The notes under the pieces: model-generated | What the model was told of the DNA's origin: nothing | What the model saw: only the letters and a program-made list of their open reading frames with translations | Database searches by the model: none | Position numbers and translations under genes: made by a program | Shown: one piece after another, positions 1-13,639 of the stretch | Layout: each line of letters starts with the position of its first letter | Position numbering within the stretch: position 1 is the stretch's first letter | NCBI RefSeq assembly: GCF_036321535.1 | Contig: NC_087436.1 | Location: forward strand, 96,846,001-96,910,000 | Direction: 5' to 3' | Source: Camelus dromedarius | Lineage: Eukaryota | DNA: 64,000 nt

Positions 1-630
1 AGTTTTTGGAGGGGAAAGTGACATTTTTATCATATCATAACAAGGATACATGGTATCACCAGGATTTTTCACTATTACTATTAACCGTAATCACCTAGTA
101 GATGTAGCATTTATCAAGTTTCTTCACTAGGAAGTTACTCGCTTTTCCCTGTTTCCGTATTGTAGTCTCTGGAAGGAAGTCACTACGCACAGCCCATGCT
201 TAACGTCTGGAGACATATGCTGTCTCTCGTGAGGGCTGAGTATCTATATCAATTGTTTGGAATTCTTCTGCAAGGGATACTTCTCTGTTCTCCCCCACTT
301 ATTTATTTATTTGATCATTTATTTGTATCAGTATAGACTCATGGATATTTATTGTATTCTTTGGGTTATAATCCAATACTACTCTATTTTGTTTCTCAAA
401 TTGTTCTAGCTTTGGCTGTTGAGTCAGCTCTCACTGACTCCTGTGTCCCTTTCACATATCCCCATACATTTATTTTAGCACTGCCTTACTTGTTGGCGCA
501 AGATGCTCCAGGCTCATCTTGTGAATTCCTTGCTCCTGTCCTAGGTCAGCCATTTCTCCAAGGAGCCACGGTTCCTTCTGTTGCAGAAGGGTATTAGAAA
601 CCAAGATGTGGGTATTGGTTGTGCTCTGTG
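1..630 (-). mobile_element. Old L1 (L1MC-type) 3' UTR fragment
   Basis: Motifs 'tttatttgtatcagtatagactcatggatatttatt', 'gatgctccaggctcatcttgtg' and 'cagccatttctccaaggagcc' match antisense L1MC 3' UTR as recalled. Confidence 0.6.
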
Positions 631-2649
631 CCCCTAGGGCCATCACTTGGTTTTTATCATTAGATAAGCTATTAGAGACCAGGGAGGAATCTACATAAAG
701 TTTTATATCCTTGTTTTCTTTCTCTTACTGCTCATTGTATACAATTTGGAAAGTATAGAAATAAGTATACATTTTATAGACATAGAAATAGGCTTAAAAT
801 CAATATTTAATTTTTTCTTATTCTTTTTTATTGCCTTTAAATAATATTTATGTTTCTTTGTCATTAAAATTTTTATACAAAGAATTTATAATGGTGTATA
901 ATATTGAGTGAATATACATGATATTTTCTATTTCTAAAGTTAAAGATTTGGGTAGCTTCAATTTTTAACATTACAGGTAGAAAGACTATCTTCTATTAAT
1001 TTCCAATTGCTTATTTAGAGTAGATTTCTTAAAGTAGAATTTTCTGGTCAAAGAACTTTATATATTCAAAGCAAGATGTATTTGATCTACTTACTTTCAA
1101 AAGAGGTAGCAATATTTATTACCAATACCAGTGTATGAGACTGTTCATCTTTTGATAACCTAAAGATCAATAAACAATAATAGTTGTTAAGTGTTAATTG
1201 ATTAGAAAAGTATTATCTCTTTATGGTTTCAATTTTTGGTTGCTACTTCATTGTTTGTTTGCCATACTCAAATGAGTAATGCAAACATCAGTTAGACATG
1301 CCACCTATTTGATCTCTCACTGGCTTCCATGAAAGATCTACCTGGACATTTCATGAACTCAGAAATTTTGCTGGAGATTTGAAAGATCATAGGAAGAGGA
1401 CATACTGCATGGGCAGATCACAAAATTGTCTCCACCCCCTACCAATTCTCACCTCTGCCTCCACTTCCTTTTCCTTTCATTCCCAGGATTGGTTCAGACC
1501 ATACTCAGGTTCCTTCTGGCTCTCACCTTCTGCCTCAAGTGCCTTTAAAGATGTTCCCTATGACGAATTCCACTGAATAAAGTTACTTCCATTTCACTAT
1601 ACCAATGGTTTCTTTTTCATGCATTTTGTGTTGGGTCTTTTAGTAAACGGTCTTTTGAAAATAAATAAATACTACTTATTCATTTAATATCAACATATTT
1701 ATTAAATGCTGTCAAAGTGTCAGGCAGCACAATACTCAGCACCAGGGATGGAAAGCAGTTACCGCATGCTTTTACTTCAAGTTGTTTACAATCTTGTGGG
1801 AGACACTTACAGCCTCATGACTTTTTTGAAGCAAATAAAGATTAATTATTTTAATCACAAGAAGCCGTGAAGCTCATGTTAGAAGTGCCTCTAGAAAGGG
1901 AATGTGGCTCTCACTTTAGCTATTCCCCATGGAAACCATCTGAGAACATCCTCAAAATGTCAAAAAAGATGAAGAATGAAAAAGAGGGAAAGGAAAAGAA
2001 ATTGGATGAAGAAAATAAAACATACAAAGAGGAGGAGGAAAAAGTATGTGCTATGGAGAGGTACATATATTGATAAATTGGAAAGTTCAAGAAAGAACTA
2101 AAAAGACCAGAATGCTTTTATATTTCAAACCTTTGAAATATTTTTAGGTTCATTTTTCTAGTTTATTTTTCTGTTTCGAATATGGAGCTGGCTTCTAATT
2201 CTGGTTATTGCTTTCCCTGGAAAATTTCTCAAATTCAGTATCTCTCTCCTTTTCCACTCACAACCAACATTAACACTAGACCAGCTCTTTACCCCTCTGT
2301 GGACAGTAAACCTTCAGAGGTCCATTGGGTTACATTTCCCTCTTCCGTCCCACAGGCTCAAGAGATTTGTCTGCCTTCTGCCTCTCTGCTGACATAAACA
2401 ACTCTTCCGTCTTCATTATATTCCACTTGGCTCTGCCTCTGCCTAGAGCAATGTGCCAGTCCCTAATTTCTCCCTAGGCTGATGTTTTTGAAACAGCCAC
2501 ACTGTTCCTTCTGGGTTTCTTTAAAAAAAAAAAAAAGGCTTTATTTTCTTGTTTGGTTTTGTTACTGATGGTAATTAAATGAAATCAGACAGCAATAAAC
2601 CATTAATAACCATATCACTGACTAATAGTAATGATGATTATTAAATCTA

Positions 2650-2800
2650 GGTGCCGGACTTTGTGATAAGACCCTTTAACATCCAATGTAATCCTAACAA
2701 TAGTCCTATGAGATTATGTTATCTATGAGATACTTCTGTTGTCTCATTTTACAGAGGAGAAACCCAAGTCATTGAGTTATGGGCAGCGATAAACTCAAAG
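2650..2800 (-). mobile_element. MIR SINE fragment
   Basis: Core-like 'aatcctaacaatagtcctatgag...cattttacagaggagaaaccca'. Confidence 0.6.
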
Positions 2801-2850
2801 TTACAATGTTGCATGAAATCTTAAAAGAATGAAGAGATTGTTTTCACTGT

Positions 2851-3135
2851 TTTTTTTTTTTTTTACATTGTGTAAATTTAAGGTGTAGAACATGTGGATT
2901 TGATTCATTATACATTGTAATACGACTGTCATTATAGCTACAGTTATCACTTCTGTCATGTCACATAATTATCATTTTTGTGTGTGTGGTGGGAATTACA
3001 ATCTAGTCTCAGCCAGTTTGATGATTATAATACTACATTGTTGTCTGTGTTCCCTATACTGTGTGTTAGATCTCTAGGACTTATGTATCTACTATTTCTA
3101 AGTTTGTACCCTTAAACAACATCTCTCCTAGTCCT
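2851..3135 (-). mobile_element. 5'-truncated L1 3' end with poly(T)
   Basis: T-run, then 'aaatttaaggtgtagaacatg...gttagatctctaggacttat...agtttgtacccttaaacaac'. Confidence 0.75.
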
Positions 3136-3329
3136 CTTTTCACTCACTCGGAATTAAGTAGTGTGTGGTTTGGTATGTTGTTTCAGGGCTGACTCCTTAG
3201 AGATGTCACTCCTAACATTTTTACCCCTTTATTTGATCATCTTTGTTCCCACAAGGACTTATTCTGCCCCCCAACCTTTTCTATTGCCCTGGAATCTTCA
3301 CACTAAGATCTCTTCCCCTTTTCTCGCTA

Positions 3330-3860
3330 TTGTCATTGACTTCATTCATTCATACACTTAACAAACCTATTGCATTCTACTGAGTGCCACCGGCTGTTCT
3401 AGATGCAGTAGATACAGCAAGAACAAGACACGTAATCCTGCCCTCTTAGAAATTACATTTTAGTAGGAGGAAAAACTTAACAATTAAACAATGCATAAAT
3501 AATTCTAGATTTTCTGAATGTTAGGAAAGAAATAAACAGTGGCTATGATAGGTAATCACGGAGGTGACTTTCCTTAAATAGGATGATCTTTTTCTGAAGA
3601 GATGACATTTTTGCCAGGGCCTGAATGAATGATGAGAAGGAGCTAAGAATAAAATTCTCTGGGGAAGTAGCACTTCCTTTACAGGAAGAATAAGTTCAAA
3701 GTCCTGAGGTAGAGACAAAAGGGAAAGAGGGAAAATATAAGGTTAGAATGGTAAGAAGAGCTGATCCTGTAGAGTCTTAAAGGCACGATGAAAGAGAGAT
3801 GTATTGGAATTGCAATGAGAAGCCATTGGTGAGTTTTAAGCAAGAGAGTAATATGATCTT
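3330..3860 (-). mobile_element. L2 LINE fragment
   Basis: 'cattcattcatacacttaacaaacctattg...tactgagtgcc' is the antisense L2 tail; later 'gagaagccattggtgagttttaagcaagagagt'. Confidence 0.65.
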
Positions 3861-3875
3861 ATTAGTGGTGTTAAA

Positions 3876-3899
3876 ACACACACACACACACACACACAC
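3876..3899. repeat. (AC)n microsatellite
   Basis: About 12 perfect AC units. Confidence 0.95.
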
Positions 3900-4359
3900 T
3901 ACAGATGCTGTTAGTCCAAGTGAAATTTTAGGTGCCAAAGAGTGGGTGATTCAAATTCTCTGAGGCTTATATGAGTTTTATTTATATTCCAGAAGAAGAA
4001 TGCTCCAAATTCTGAGAGTTCTTTGATTTCTTGTGAGAAAACTAATTTAAGAAAACCCTTGGTGATCCCTTTCTCCTAAAATCAGGCCACTTTGGTTTTG
4101 ATTTCTAGGTAATTTTTTTTTCTACGGAAGGAAAGCAGTGAGACTTAGCATTGTCATAAAAGGAAATTAGTGATCATGTTCAAAGTTCCCTGGATTCCTG
4201 TAAGAACTATGTCTTTCCTGCAGTTTAGATTGAACATTTTGATTGTAAGTCTTGGTAGGAGCATAACTTTGTGAAGGGAGGGAAAATCCCTCTTCTCTCT
4301 GGACTTTTGAGACCCTGAAGTTTAGATTCATCATATGTAGAATAGATGATGGTCTAAAG

Positions 4360-4570
4360 CCGAGCTTCTCAAGTGTGACTCTGACCATTGTGGGCTGGAT
4401 AATTCTTTGCTGCAAAGGGCCGCCTTATATATTGCAGTATGCTTATTAGCAACCTTGTCTTCTACCTACTAGGTGCCAGTAGCATCCCCTGGATAATCAA
4501 GAATGTCTTCAGACATTCTGTCCAAATGTCCCCTGCAGCTGCAAAATCTCCAACAAATGAAAACTACAGG
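4360..4570. mobile_element. MER20-like hAT-Charlie non-autonomous DNA transposon
   Basis: 'gggctggataattctttg...ttagcaaccttgtcttctacctactaggtgccagtagcatccc...aatgtcttcagacatt...caaatgtcccctg'. Confidence 0.75.
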
Positions 4571-5552
4571 TCCAGAAAGACTTTCACTCTCTCCTTGCAC
4601 TTAAATTTTAAATGCCTCAGGAGCTCCAACAATAGTCAGAGTCACTGTTGCACTTTTGATATTTTATGTTATTTAGGAAGACATTTGCTGCTGAGAAATG
4701 CTAAGATATTTTCCCTCTTCTCCCTCTTTATCACCATAACACCAAATTAACTGCTCTCAAGTGACTCTTACCACAAAAGGCAGCCTGGTAAAGTCATGGT
4801 AGATAATTCCTTCTCAACAGCTAGCATATAATGGATCAAAGATTGCTTGTTCTTTGAGTATATAAAACTCATCTGTCTCTTTAAGGACCAATGATTCAAA
4901 AATGAAGGAAGAAGAAAAGGTTGTTCATTTGAGTATGCAGGGATAGAAGTAAAAGATGGTAGTGAGTTAGATTAGGGCAGTGGCAGAAGTATTAGAAATT
5001 AGCATACTGATTTAAGATTTGATCTGTGTGTACAGCCAAGCAGGCACAACTTGGTTAGGGACCGGAATAGTTAGTGAGGGAAAGGAAGCATTCCATTCCA
5101 TTTTTATGGAGAATTGTGTGATTTTTTAAAACTTCTCTTTTCTTTGATACACTAGAAAAATAGAATGTAAATATTTCCCTCTACTCCTGGGAGGAAATCA
5201 ATTGTTCTTATGAACTGAATGAATTGGACTGTGTTTAATGAGCTGTTAGTATATAGGGTAAAATAAAAAGAGAGTTTGAGATTTGCCAGGAAGGAATAGG
5301 AAGTAAAGATTTCTGTGAAAAATACAGAGGCTGAAATCTGAGGGCAGGAGGAAGATGAAACAGAGGGCTATAAAGAAGGCCTCGTGAGTTTGAGATCTGA
5401 TTGCAAAATATTTTACCTAAAACAGGGCACTTTGGCTTAAAACTGAGGGACTCTGCAGAGACCTACTACAAGGAGTTTTGTTCAAGTGTCCCAGGAACCT
5501 GTGAAGCAAAGACCTTTTTTTCCATGTTTTCCTTTTATTTATAATTTTTAAA

Positions 5553-5855
5553 TAAACTTTATTTTTAGAGCACTTTTAAGCTCACAGAAAAATTGAGAAG
5601 ATACAGAGATTGTCCATTTACTTCCTTCCCCCTTGCATGCATAGTCTCCCCCATTATCAGTATTCCCCACTGAATGGTACATTTGTGACAATTGATGAAT
5701 CTACATTGACACATCATAAACTCTCAAAGTCCATAGTTTGCATTAGGGTTTGCTCTTGGTGTTGTATATTCTATGGGTTTAGACAAATGTAAATGACGTA
5801 TATCCATCATTATAGTATTATACAGAGTAGTTTCACTGCCCTAAAAATCCTTTTG
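5553..5855 (-). mobile_element. L1MC-type 3' UTR fragment
   Basis: 'aaactttatttttagagcacttttaagctcacagaaaaattgag...caaagtccatagtttgcattagggtt...ttcactgccctaaaaatcc'. Confidence 0.75.
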
Positions 5856-6774
5856 TGAGGAAGCTTTCCCCCAAATGTTTAATGAGAGAAAGCGGGGTGT
5901 TGGAATGAACAGTTGTTCAGGAAGCTCTTGACTCCTGTTTGAGACCCCTCTTCACCTGCACAACTGCTGCAGAGGCCCCAGGAGCCAAAGCCAGCACAGC
6001 TGTCCCTGGGGCAGAGGCAGGCCCTGGAGAGCTCCCTGGAGAGGGCATCTTGGCCTGTGTGCTCACACCAGTCTCCCTATGCCCTGATGCAGCAGGGAGA
6101 TTCACTCCATGCCTGCTTCAGAAGGTTCTCTAGCCAATTCAGAGCCTGTGGCAGACTTCCTGCTCCTTTCCCTGGGATACATGCATCTACAGCTGCTCCT
6201 GGGTCCTAGTGGCAGGCCTGTCCTCATGTGAAACTAATCCCAGCACTGGAGAATGCACAGGTCTGAGAGGAACAGAGCTGCTAATGCGGAGAGGTGGCAT
6301 GTGGGAAAAACAGACTCTGGCCTTCCCTGCAGGCAGTCCCAACATGTAACTCAGCACTCTGAGGCTGGAGCTCCATAGGGAATCCGTTGCAGCTGGTGAA
6401 TGTATGATAGGACCATGGACAGAGGCTTCAAAGACAAGGGTGGCATCCCAGTAGGGTGCCCATTAGAGGGCTGGAAAGATGCCTTAGGTTTGTTTGTCTT
6501 GCTTTTTTTTATTCAAGGTAACACTTTGTTCAAATCTAAATAAAATTAGAAAATCACATTACATTTTCCTTATGAAACAAGTAAGATTCAGAACTATTTT
6601 ATTACAATAACACCAAATTTTAAGTTAGATGATATCATGGATGTTTATGTTTAAATAACAGTACATAAAATTAAACTGGTATTTATTTTGTCTTGCTTTC
6701 TCAGGGCATAGAAAACTCATAGCATAGAGAAGGTATCATATTGGTTTAAGTTTACCTGAATTTTTTTCTTCTTT

Positions 6775-9700
6775 AAAAATTTTTAAATTTTATTTTTAAC
6801 TGAGGTAAAATTGACATATAACATTATATTAGTTTCAGGTGTACAACATAATGATTCAAGATTTGTATACATTGCAAAAGGTTCCCACAATAAATCTATT
6901 TAAAAATCTGTCACCATACATCGATATAAAATGTTTTTTTTCTTTTAATGAAAACTTCTACAATATAATCTCTTAGCAACTTTCAGATATGCACAGTATC
7001 ATTAACTATGCTCACCATGCTGTACATTACATCTCTGTGATTTATTAATTTTATAACAGAAAATGTGTAACTTTTGACCTCCTTCACACATTTTACTCAA
7101 ACTCCAGCTCCTGCCTCCAGCAACCTGTTCTCTGTATATATGAGCTTTTTTAAATTAAAAATTGTTTTATAGTCCACATAAGTGAGATCATATGGTATTT
7201 GTCTTTATCCCTGACTTATTTCACTTATGTTTATACCCTCAAGGTCCATTCATGTTGTTGCAAATGGCAGGATTTTATTCTAAATTATTTATATGACTGA
7301 ATAATATTCCATTGTATGTGTGTGTGTGTATCATATTTTCTTTATCTATTTATCCATCAATGGACACTGAAGTTATTTCCATATCTTGGCTGTTGTAAAT
7401 AATGGTGCAATGAACATGAGGGTGTATATATCTTTTTGAGTTATTGTTTTTACTTTGTTTGAATAACTACTTAAAAGTGGAATTGCTGGATCATATGGTA
7501 GTTCTATTTTTAATTTTTGAGGAACCTGAATACCATTTTCCATGGTGGATGCACCAATTTACATTTCCACCAACAGTGCACAAGTAAGTATTCCCTTTTC
7601 TCCACAACCTCGCCAATACTTGTGTTTTCTTGTCTTTTACATTAAATAGCCATTCAAACAGGTGTGAGGTAATATAGCTCATTGTGGTTTTGATTTGTAT
7701 TTCCCTGATGATTAGTGAAGTTGAGCATTTTTCCATGAACTTGTTGGCCTTTCTCGTTTTTTGTGTATATACTACAGGTTTTTGCTTTGTGGTTACTGTG
7801 AGGCTTACATACAACAATTTATATTTATAACCATTTATTTTAACTTGACAGCAGCTTAAGTTTGGACACACTCTAAAACTACATTTTTGCTCTGCATCTC
7901 CATTTTGTATTTGATACTGCCCTTTACACTTTAAATTTTCTTATCCTTTAACTAATTATTGTGGTTGCAGTTAGTTTCACCTCTTTTGTCTTTTAACTTC
8001 CATACTAGCTTTATAAGTGATTGATACACTTCCTTTACTAGTTATTTATCTTGGTGAGATTCATACTTTCATATGTTTTCTCTTACTGAATTTTGGTCCT
8101 CTTTTGCTAGCTTTAAAGAGTCCCTTTAACATTTTTTGTACTGCTGATTTAATGGTAATGAACTCCTTTAGCTTTTGTTTGTCTGGGAAACTCTATTTCT
8201 TCTTCAATTCTCAATGATAATTTTGCTGTGTAGAGTATTCTTGGCTGGAAACTTTTCTCTTTTAGCGTTTTGAATACATCATGCCACTCCCTTCTGGCCT
8301 GCAAAGTTTATGCTGAAAATCTGCTTATAGTCTTATGGTGGTTCTCTTGTACATAACAAGTAGTTTTTTCTTGCTGCTATTAAGATTCTCTCCTTGTCTT
8401 TTAACATTTTAATTATAATGTGTCTTGGTGAGGGTCTCTTTGGATTTGTGTTATTTGGAATTCTGTGGGCTTTCTGTATCTAGATGTTTGTTTCTTTCCC
8501 CAAGATAGGGAAGTTGCAGTCATTTTTTACTCAAATAAGTTTTCTGCACTTTTCTCTTTCTCTTCTCCTTCTAGGACCCCTATAATGTGAATATTAGTAT
8601 GCTTAATGTTGTCCCATAAGTCCCTAAACCATCTTCACTTTTTTCATTTTTCTTTTTGCTGCTCTGGTTGAATGAGTTCCACTGCTCTCTTTGAATTCAG
8701 TGATCTTTCTTTGCTTCATCTAGTCTGCTTTTGAACATCTAGTGTATTTTTCAGTTCAGTTATTGTATTCTTCAGCTCTGTGACTTCTATTTGATGCTTT
8801 CTTATATTTTTCTATCATCTTGTTGAAGGCCTCACTGTGTTCATCCATTCTTCTCCCACATTCAGTGAGCATCTTTATGATCATTACTTTAAATTCTTAA
8901 TTAGGTAAATTACTTATCTATTTCCCCCTGAGGTTTTATCTTGTTCTTTTGTTTAGAAAATATTCATCTGTTTCCTCATTTTGCTTGACTCTCTGTGTTA
9001 GTTTCTATGCACTAGATGAAATGGCCATCTCTACCAGTCTAGAAAGAGTGGCCTCATATGGAAGATAAACCTTAATATTCCACCTTGCCCTAGCTCTTGA
9101 TTATCTCTCAAACCTTTGTGATTGCAGTCTTGTCCTACTACTTTATTTTAAACAGCTCCCAGTAGTTGAGGTTGTGCCAAGACATGTCAGTGTTCCAAAG
9201 AAGAGGATCTCAGTCAGAACTTAGATTTAGGGTGATTAGAAGTTAGGCACTCAGGCAGCAGATTTTTAAATTTTCAGATATGTACAGTCCTGTGAGGCTG
9301 CAGATATAAGCCCTACTAGCCACTAGAGCCAGCCATCTAAAGGTGTCCCCTCAGTGTTAGTCTCAAAAACCAGGGTTCCAGACAATTGTTTAAGCTCCTT
9401 TCTGGGAGATTCTGGTGAGCTGTAGTGAAGCAGACGAGGAGCACAAAGATGGCACCTGCCCTCCAAGAGCTCTGGAAAGATTTATACTCAGTCCTTAGAT
9501 GTGTGTTTAATTAGAAACCTGCGCCTCAGGCTGCAGTTATAATGATAAGCTTATAGGCGTCTGCAGTTCCCTGGGCATGGTAGTCTGCCAAGAATTATCC
9601 CTCCAATTGTTACAGTCCCATGGGGTCTAGGAATACAAGCCTTTCCTGGACTTCAGAGTCAAGTGATCAAGAAGTGTCCCTGGGTGGCAGCTGCTAAAAC

Positions 9701-10412
9701 CGGGTCACCGGGTCACTAGATGCAAATACTGGGGTCCCAGATGTACGTAAAGGCTCCCCTTCAGGAGAAACTGGTTCTCTGGAGTATGGCAGAGGTAGAG
9801 AGTGAAGGTGGTTCCTGCCATTTAGAGGCTAAAGATGGCACTGACTGAGGGAAAAAAAAGTCTAGAATAAAAAAATAATAAAAGACATCTACTAGCTTTA
9901 GCAAGGTAGAAAAAGCATGAAAATCATTAGCAAACAAATCTCTTACACATAAAACCTGAACATTTTTCAAATGACTGCGTCTGTGCTATGCCCTGAAAAG
10001 AATGCATCCATGTGTGAGCCCTTTGAGAGACTTTCTCAGTTTGCTTAGGACTTTAGGTCTTGTAGATGTGGGTGGGCCCTGTTAATTTTTCAAAGCCAGA
10101 TGTTTTGGGGGCTTATTGTTCAGGTGCAGGTCTTAGAAGTTGTGGTGCCTGATGTGTGGTTTATACCCCTCAGGGTGTTAGGTTTGTGAGTTTCCTTCTG
10201 ATTGTGAGTCATTGCACCAGGGGTGGGATTTGTTTATTAGCCTCTTCCACCCACTTCGATATGGACTTTTCCTCATTTACCTGATGTGAAGGAGTTGCTC
10301 AGCTAGTTTCAGGTTTTTTTCAGAGGAAGTTGTTTTATATATAGCTGTAGATTTGGTGTGTCCATGGGATGAGGTGAGTTCTAGATTTTCCTACATCGCC
10401 ATCTTGAACTGA
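6775..10412 (-). mobile_element. L1 with 5' UTR, decayed ORF1, spacer and 3' end; almost all of ORF2 deleted
   Basis: The minus strand begins 'gttcaagatggcgatgtaggaaaatctagaactcacc' (L1 5' terminus, YY1-like AAGATGGC). A GC-richer UTR runs to ~9000 and ORF1-like sequence to ~8100. At ~7750 it jumps to the ORF2 C-terminus (ANKFMEKCSTSLIIREIQIKTT in ORF 7491..7871), then the 3' UTR. Confidence 0.85.
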
Positions 10413-11304
10413 CTCTGATTTTTTTCCCTAAAGAAAAGCTGTTAGTGATTTTAAGAAAGTAAATGTTATTTTGATCAAGTATTTCTGACAGTACTTGTGA
10501 AAGACATTGACTTGAAAATAAGGCAAAATCCATGCATCTGCACCCCGCAAGTTTAGAAAGCCCTAAAGAAAGAAAGATTCTTTCAAAATGATTCCATTTA
10601 TAACCCCAGCACAGCAAGCTTTCTCTATAACTTAGATTTTAAATATTGCGTCATTTATCTGGTTTACTTAACATGCAGGAAGTTATCTGGGAGGGCTTGA
10701 ATCACTTTGGAAGTCAAAAGGCATCTTCTGACTTTCGTGATTTTTATACTCTCAGGCATGTGGCTTTCCAGCCTGCCAGTTTTAATAGAAGGCTGGCCCT
10801 GACTTGGTACATCCTTCTGTTACTTTGCATCAGTCTGTTTTAATTCCTGCTCAAACTTGTTCCAAGTCCCCATTTCCCAAGTTAGGCCAGGAGAGATTTC
10901 TACCACTTGTGACTTCTGTATTAACTATTCTAATTTCTGTAGTTCTGGGGGTTTAGAGGGTGACACATTTGTGAGGACTTTTACTAATTGTGAGATTTTG
11001 TGGATGGGTGATGACAAAAGAGCTCGCAAATTTTTTCCATAATTGAATACCAACAACAGATACTTTTCTTTGCTGTTTACACTAAATGTGAATCCTAAGC
11101 ATAATCTGAAAAGGCAATGAAGTTGTTTATAAAAAGTCTTCTATATACACCTCTTTGAAGAAAATCCAACAGAGCGGGATTAATCCCTAGCCTTCCAGAT
11201 ATCTACCCCAGTTATGAAACTGTTACCTTGGCATGTCTTTCCCTAGGAGGTCTCCTAGGAGTAAAAATTTTTGCCCTCGCTAAAATTTACTTAGTGATTG
11301 TTTC

Positions 11305-11857
11305 AAGGGTCTCAAGACCACCCTTAAGGTTGCCAGTTCTCTGGAAGGATTCACAGGATGTAGTAGCAGGTTATAACCATGGCTAAGATTTAGTACAGAA
11401 AAAGGGCCAGCACTAAGAACAGCAGGAAGCTATACATTAGGTAGAGTTCAGAGAGGCCAGGCACAGGTTTTTCAAGTCCTCTCCCACCTGGGATCATGGT
11501 ATGGGAAGTGCTTTTCCCTGTCTGTAAACTGTAAGGACATGTTAGGAGATTCTCCTGAGGGAAGGCTTTTATGGAGAGCTGGTCGTGTAGGCCTGCTACA
11601 CAACCAGCCATGATAACAAAATTCAAGACCCCAAAAATGAAACCTGGTACACACCATCAATCTTGATGTTTATGCAAAAGAATCCTGACAAGCTGATATG
11701 GCATGGTCTGCTGCTCCATGTATATACAACAGAGCTATCAATTATCAACATGAGTCTGCTGAAGGCCAAATTCCCAGGGGTTGGCCAAAGGTCAGATGTC
11801 CTTTGGAGACATGCAAGGAACAAGCAGCCAGTTCTGCTGTGCTAACCCTCCTCACAG
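11305..11857. mobile_element. MER21-like ERVL solo LTR
   Basis: 'gggtctcaagaccacccttaaggttg...ggaaggattcacagga...catggctaagattt...tcaagtcctctccca'; ends in 'caca'. Confidence 0.65.
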
Positions 11858-12009
11858 TGCTCCCTTCAGAATCAAGTGCTATTTTTAAAAGATTTGACAA
11901 ACAAATTCATGATAAGATGGTTATTCTTAAATACGTTTGATGACATTGGGAATTTTATCAGACAAAATGTATATGCACGTGCAAATACACACATGCACAA
12001 CTTGATATA

Positions 12010-12300
12010 AACTGTCACGATTCAAGTGCAAAAAAAATCTGTTTGGGAGATGATCCCAGGAAATGAAGGCAGAGGAATATGGAAGCAAGAGAGCTAAAGG
12101 TAGGAAGCCAATAAAGGGTGCATGATCAAGCCAGTTATTACTATGGGCAACTGGAACTCCATCCTGCTCAGGAAATCTGGAGACGGCATACTACATTTCT
12201 GAGTTATCCCAATCAGAAACAGAGGAATGGAAATATTTATCCTCCAAACTTCTTCCATCATTTGCCAAGGGATGCTGCTTCTGGGATTATTAACATCACA
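12010..12300 (-). mobile_element. LTR33/LTR16-like old ERVL LTR fragment
   Basis: 'tttgggagatgatcccaggaa...gaagccaataaagggtgcatgatcaagccagttattactatgggcaactgg'. Confidence 0.55.
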
Positions 12301-12804
12301 GAACTTCTTGCTCATTCTATGTTCAAATCAGATGTGCACACACAGATAAAGTTACAGCTTTCAAGTAAACAAACTTAGGTGTGGGTGGAAATGAATTCCA
12401 AGATGATATGGGCAGGGAACTGGAAATGTCTGCTGTATACCCATGCATACAAAAAATTTTAATGCACGCAATTTCAGATGGCTTATGTTGTTGTGAGTCA
12501 TAACCTTGGATTCCTGGACCCTCAAGATTAAAATATTCCAAGATATTGCCAAATGAGATTGCATTTAAAACTAAAACTTTAGGAAAAAACATTGTTTACT
12601 TTCAGGGACTGGGTTACTAGTGGCAGAATGTCACATATCAAATGTGAAAATCAGGGAGTCAATTATGAACAGTTGAAGCTGTCTAGTAGCCCCTGAATCA
12701 TATATTTAAACTACTGTGTTTATAGAAGTAATGTAAAATCAGTGCTGTCCCCTTTTACCTCCTTAGTAGAGATGTCATCAATTCAAAGATAACAGTCCAG
12801 GGGC

Positions 12805-13205
12805 AGCACTATTTGTATTAGCTCCTAACTGAAAACTACCCAAATACCCATAAATGGTACAATAAATACATATATAATTGTATTTTCGCACAGTGAAATA
12901 TTACACAATGAGTGACCATTCTGCAGTTAAATAGAATGATGTGAAATCACAAACATAATTTTGAGTTAATAGACAGTACATAACCTTTTATTCCACTTAC
13001 ATATAAGTATACAGTGCAAAGCTCATCTATATCATTGGAAAGCAAGACAGTGCTTACTGCAAAGGGCAGTGACTAGAGTAGAGATGACAGTGGATTTTGG
13101 GATGTCCATAATACTGTTTCTTGATCTGGGTGCTTATGAAAATGTATCAAACTGAATATTTATTATTTGTTCACTTTCTGCTTGTATTTTGCACTTCAAT
13201 AAAAA
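12805..13205 (+). mobile_element. Old L1 (L1ME-type) 3' UTR fragment
   Basis: 'aactgaaaactacccaaatacccat...ctgtttcttgatctgggtgct...cacttcaataaaaa'. Confidence 0.6.
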
Positions 13206-13639
13206 CACTAAAAACAGTAAGTCAAGGAGTTAGGCTTTGTTCAAATACTATCTCTAGAAAGCCTTGGCACAGACTGGACTTCAAATAGGAATCAGCATGA
13301 GCATAGTATGTTGGGATTTTCCACCACCCCTTCTCAGGCATCACCTTGGCTTGGCTCAGTGTCAATGAGAAGGAAAAAAGTAGGTGAACTAGTTCTTCAT
13401 TTCTCTGTTTATCTACACCCTCTTGTCTTTACCACCATTTCTACTTTTAAAGGCAAATGGTGTGGAGCCAGAAAATTTGAATTCATGTGTGTACATGGAG
13501 ATTCTGAAAAACAGAACTTGTGACTGATGCGTGATTCCATGAAATTTATGATGAATTTAACATGCAGTTGAGTGCTAAATACTTAAGGAATGACCAAGTT
13601 CTACAGTGTGCTCTCACACTATTTTAAATGAGATGTTCA

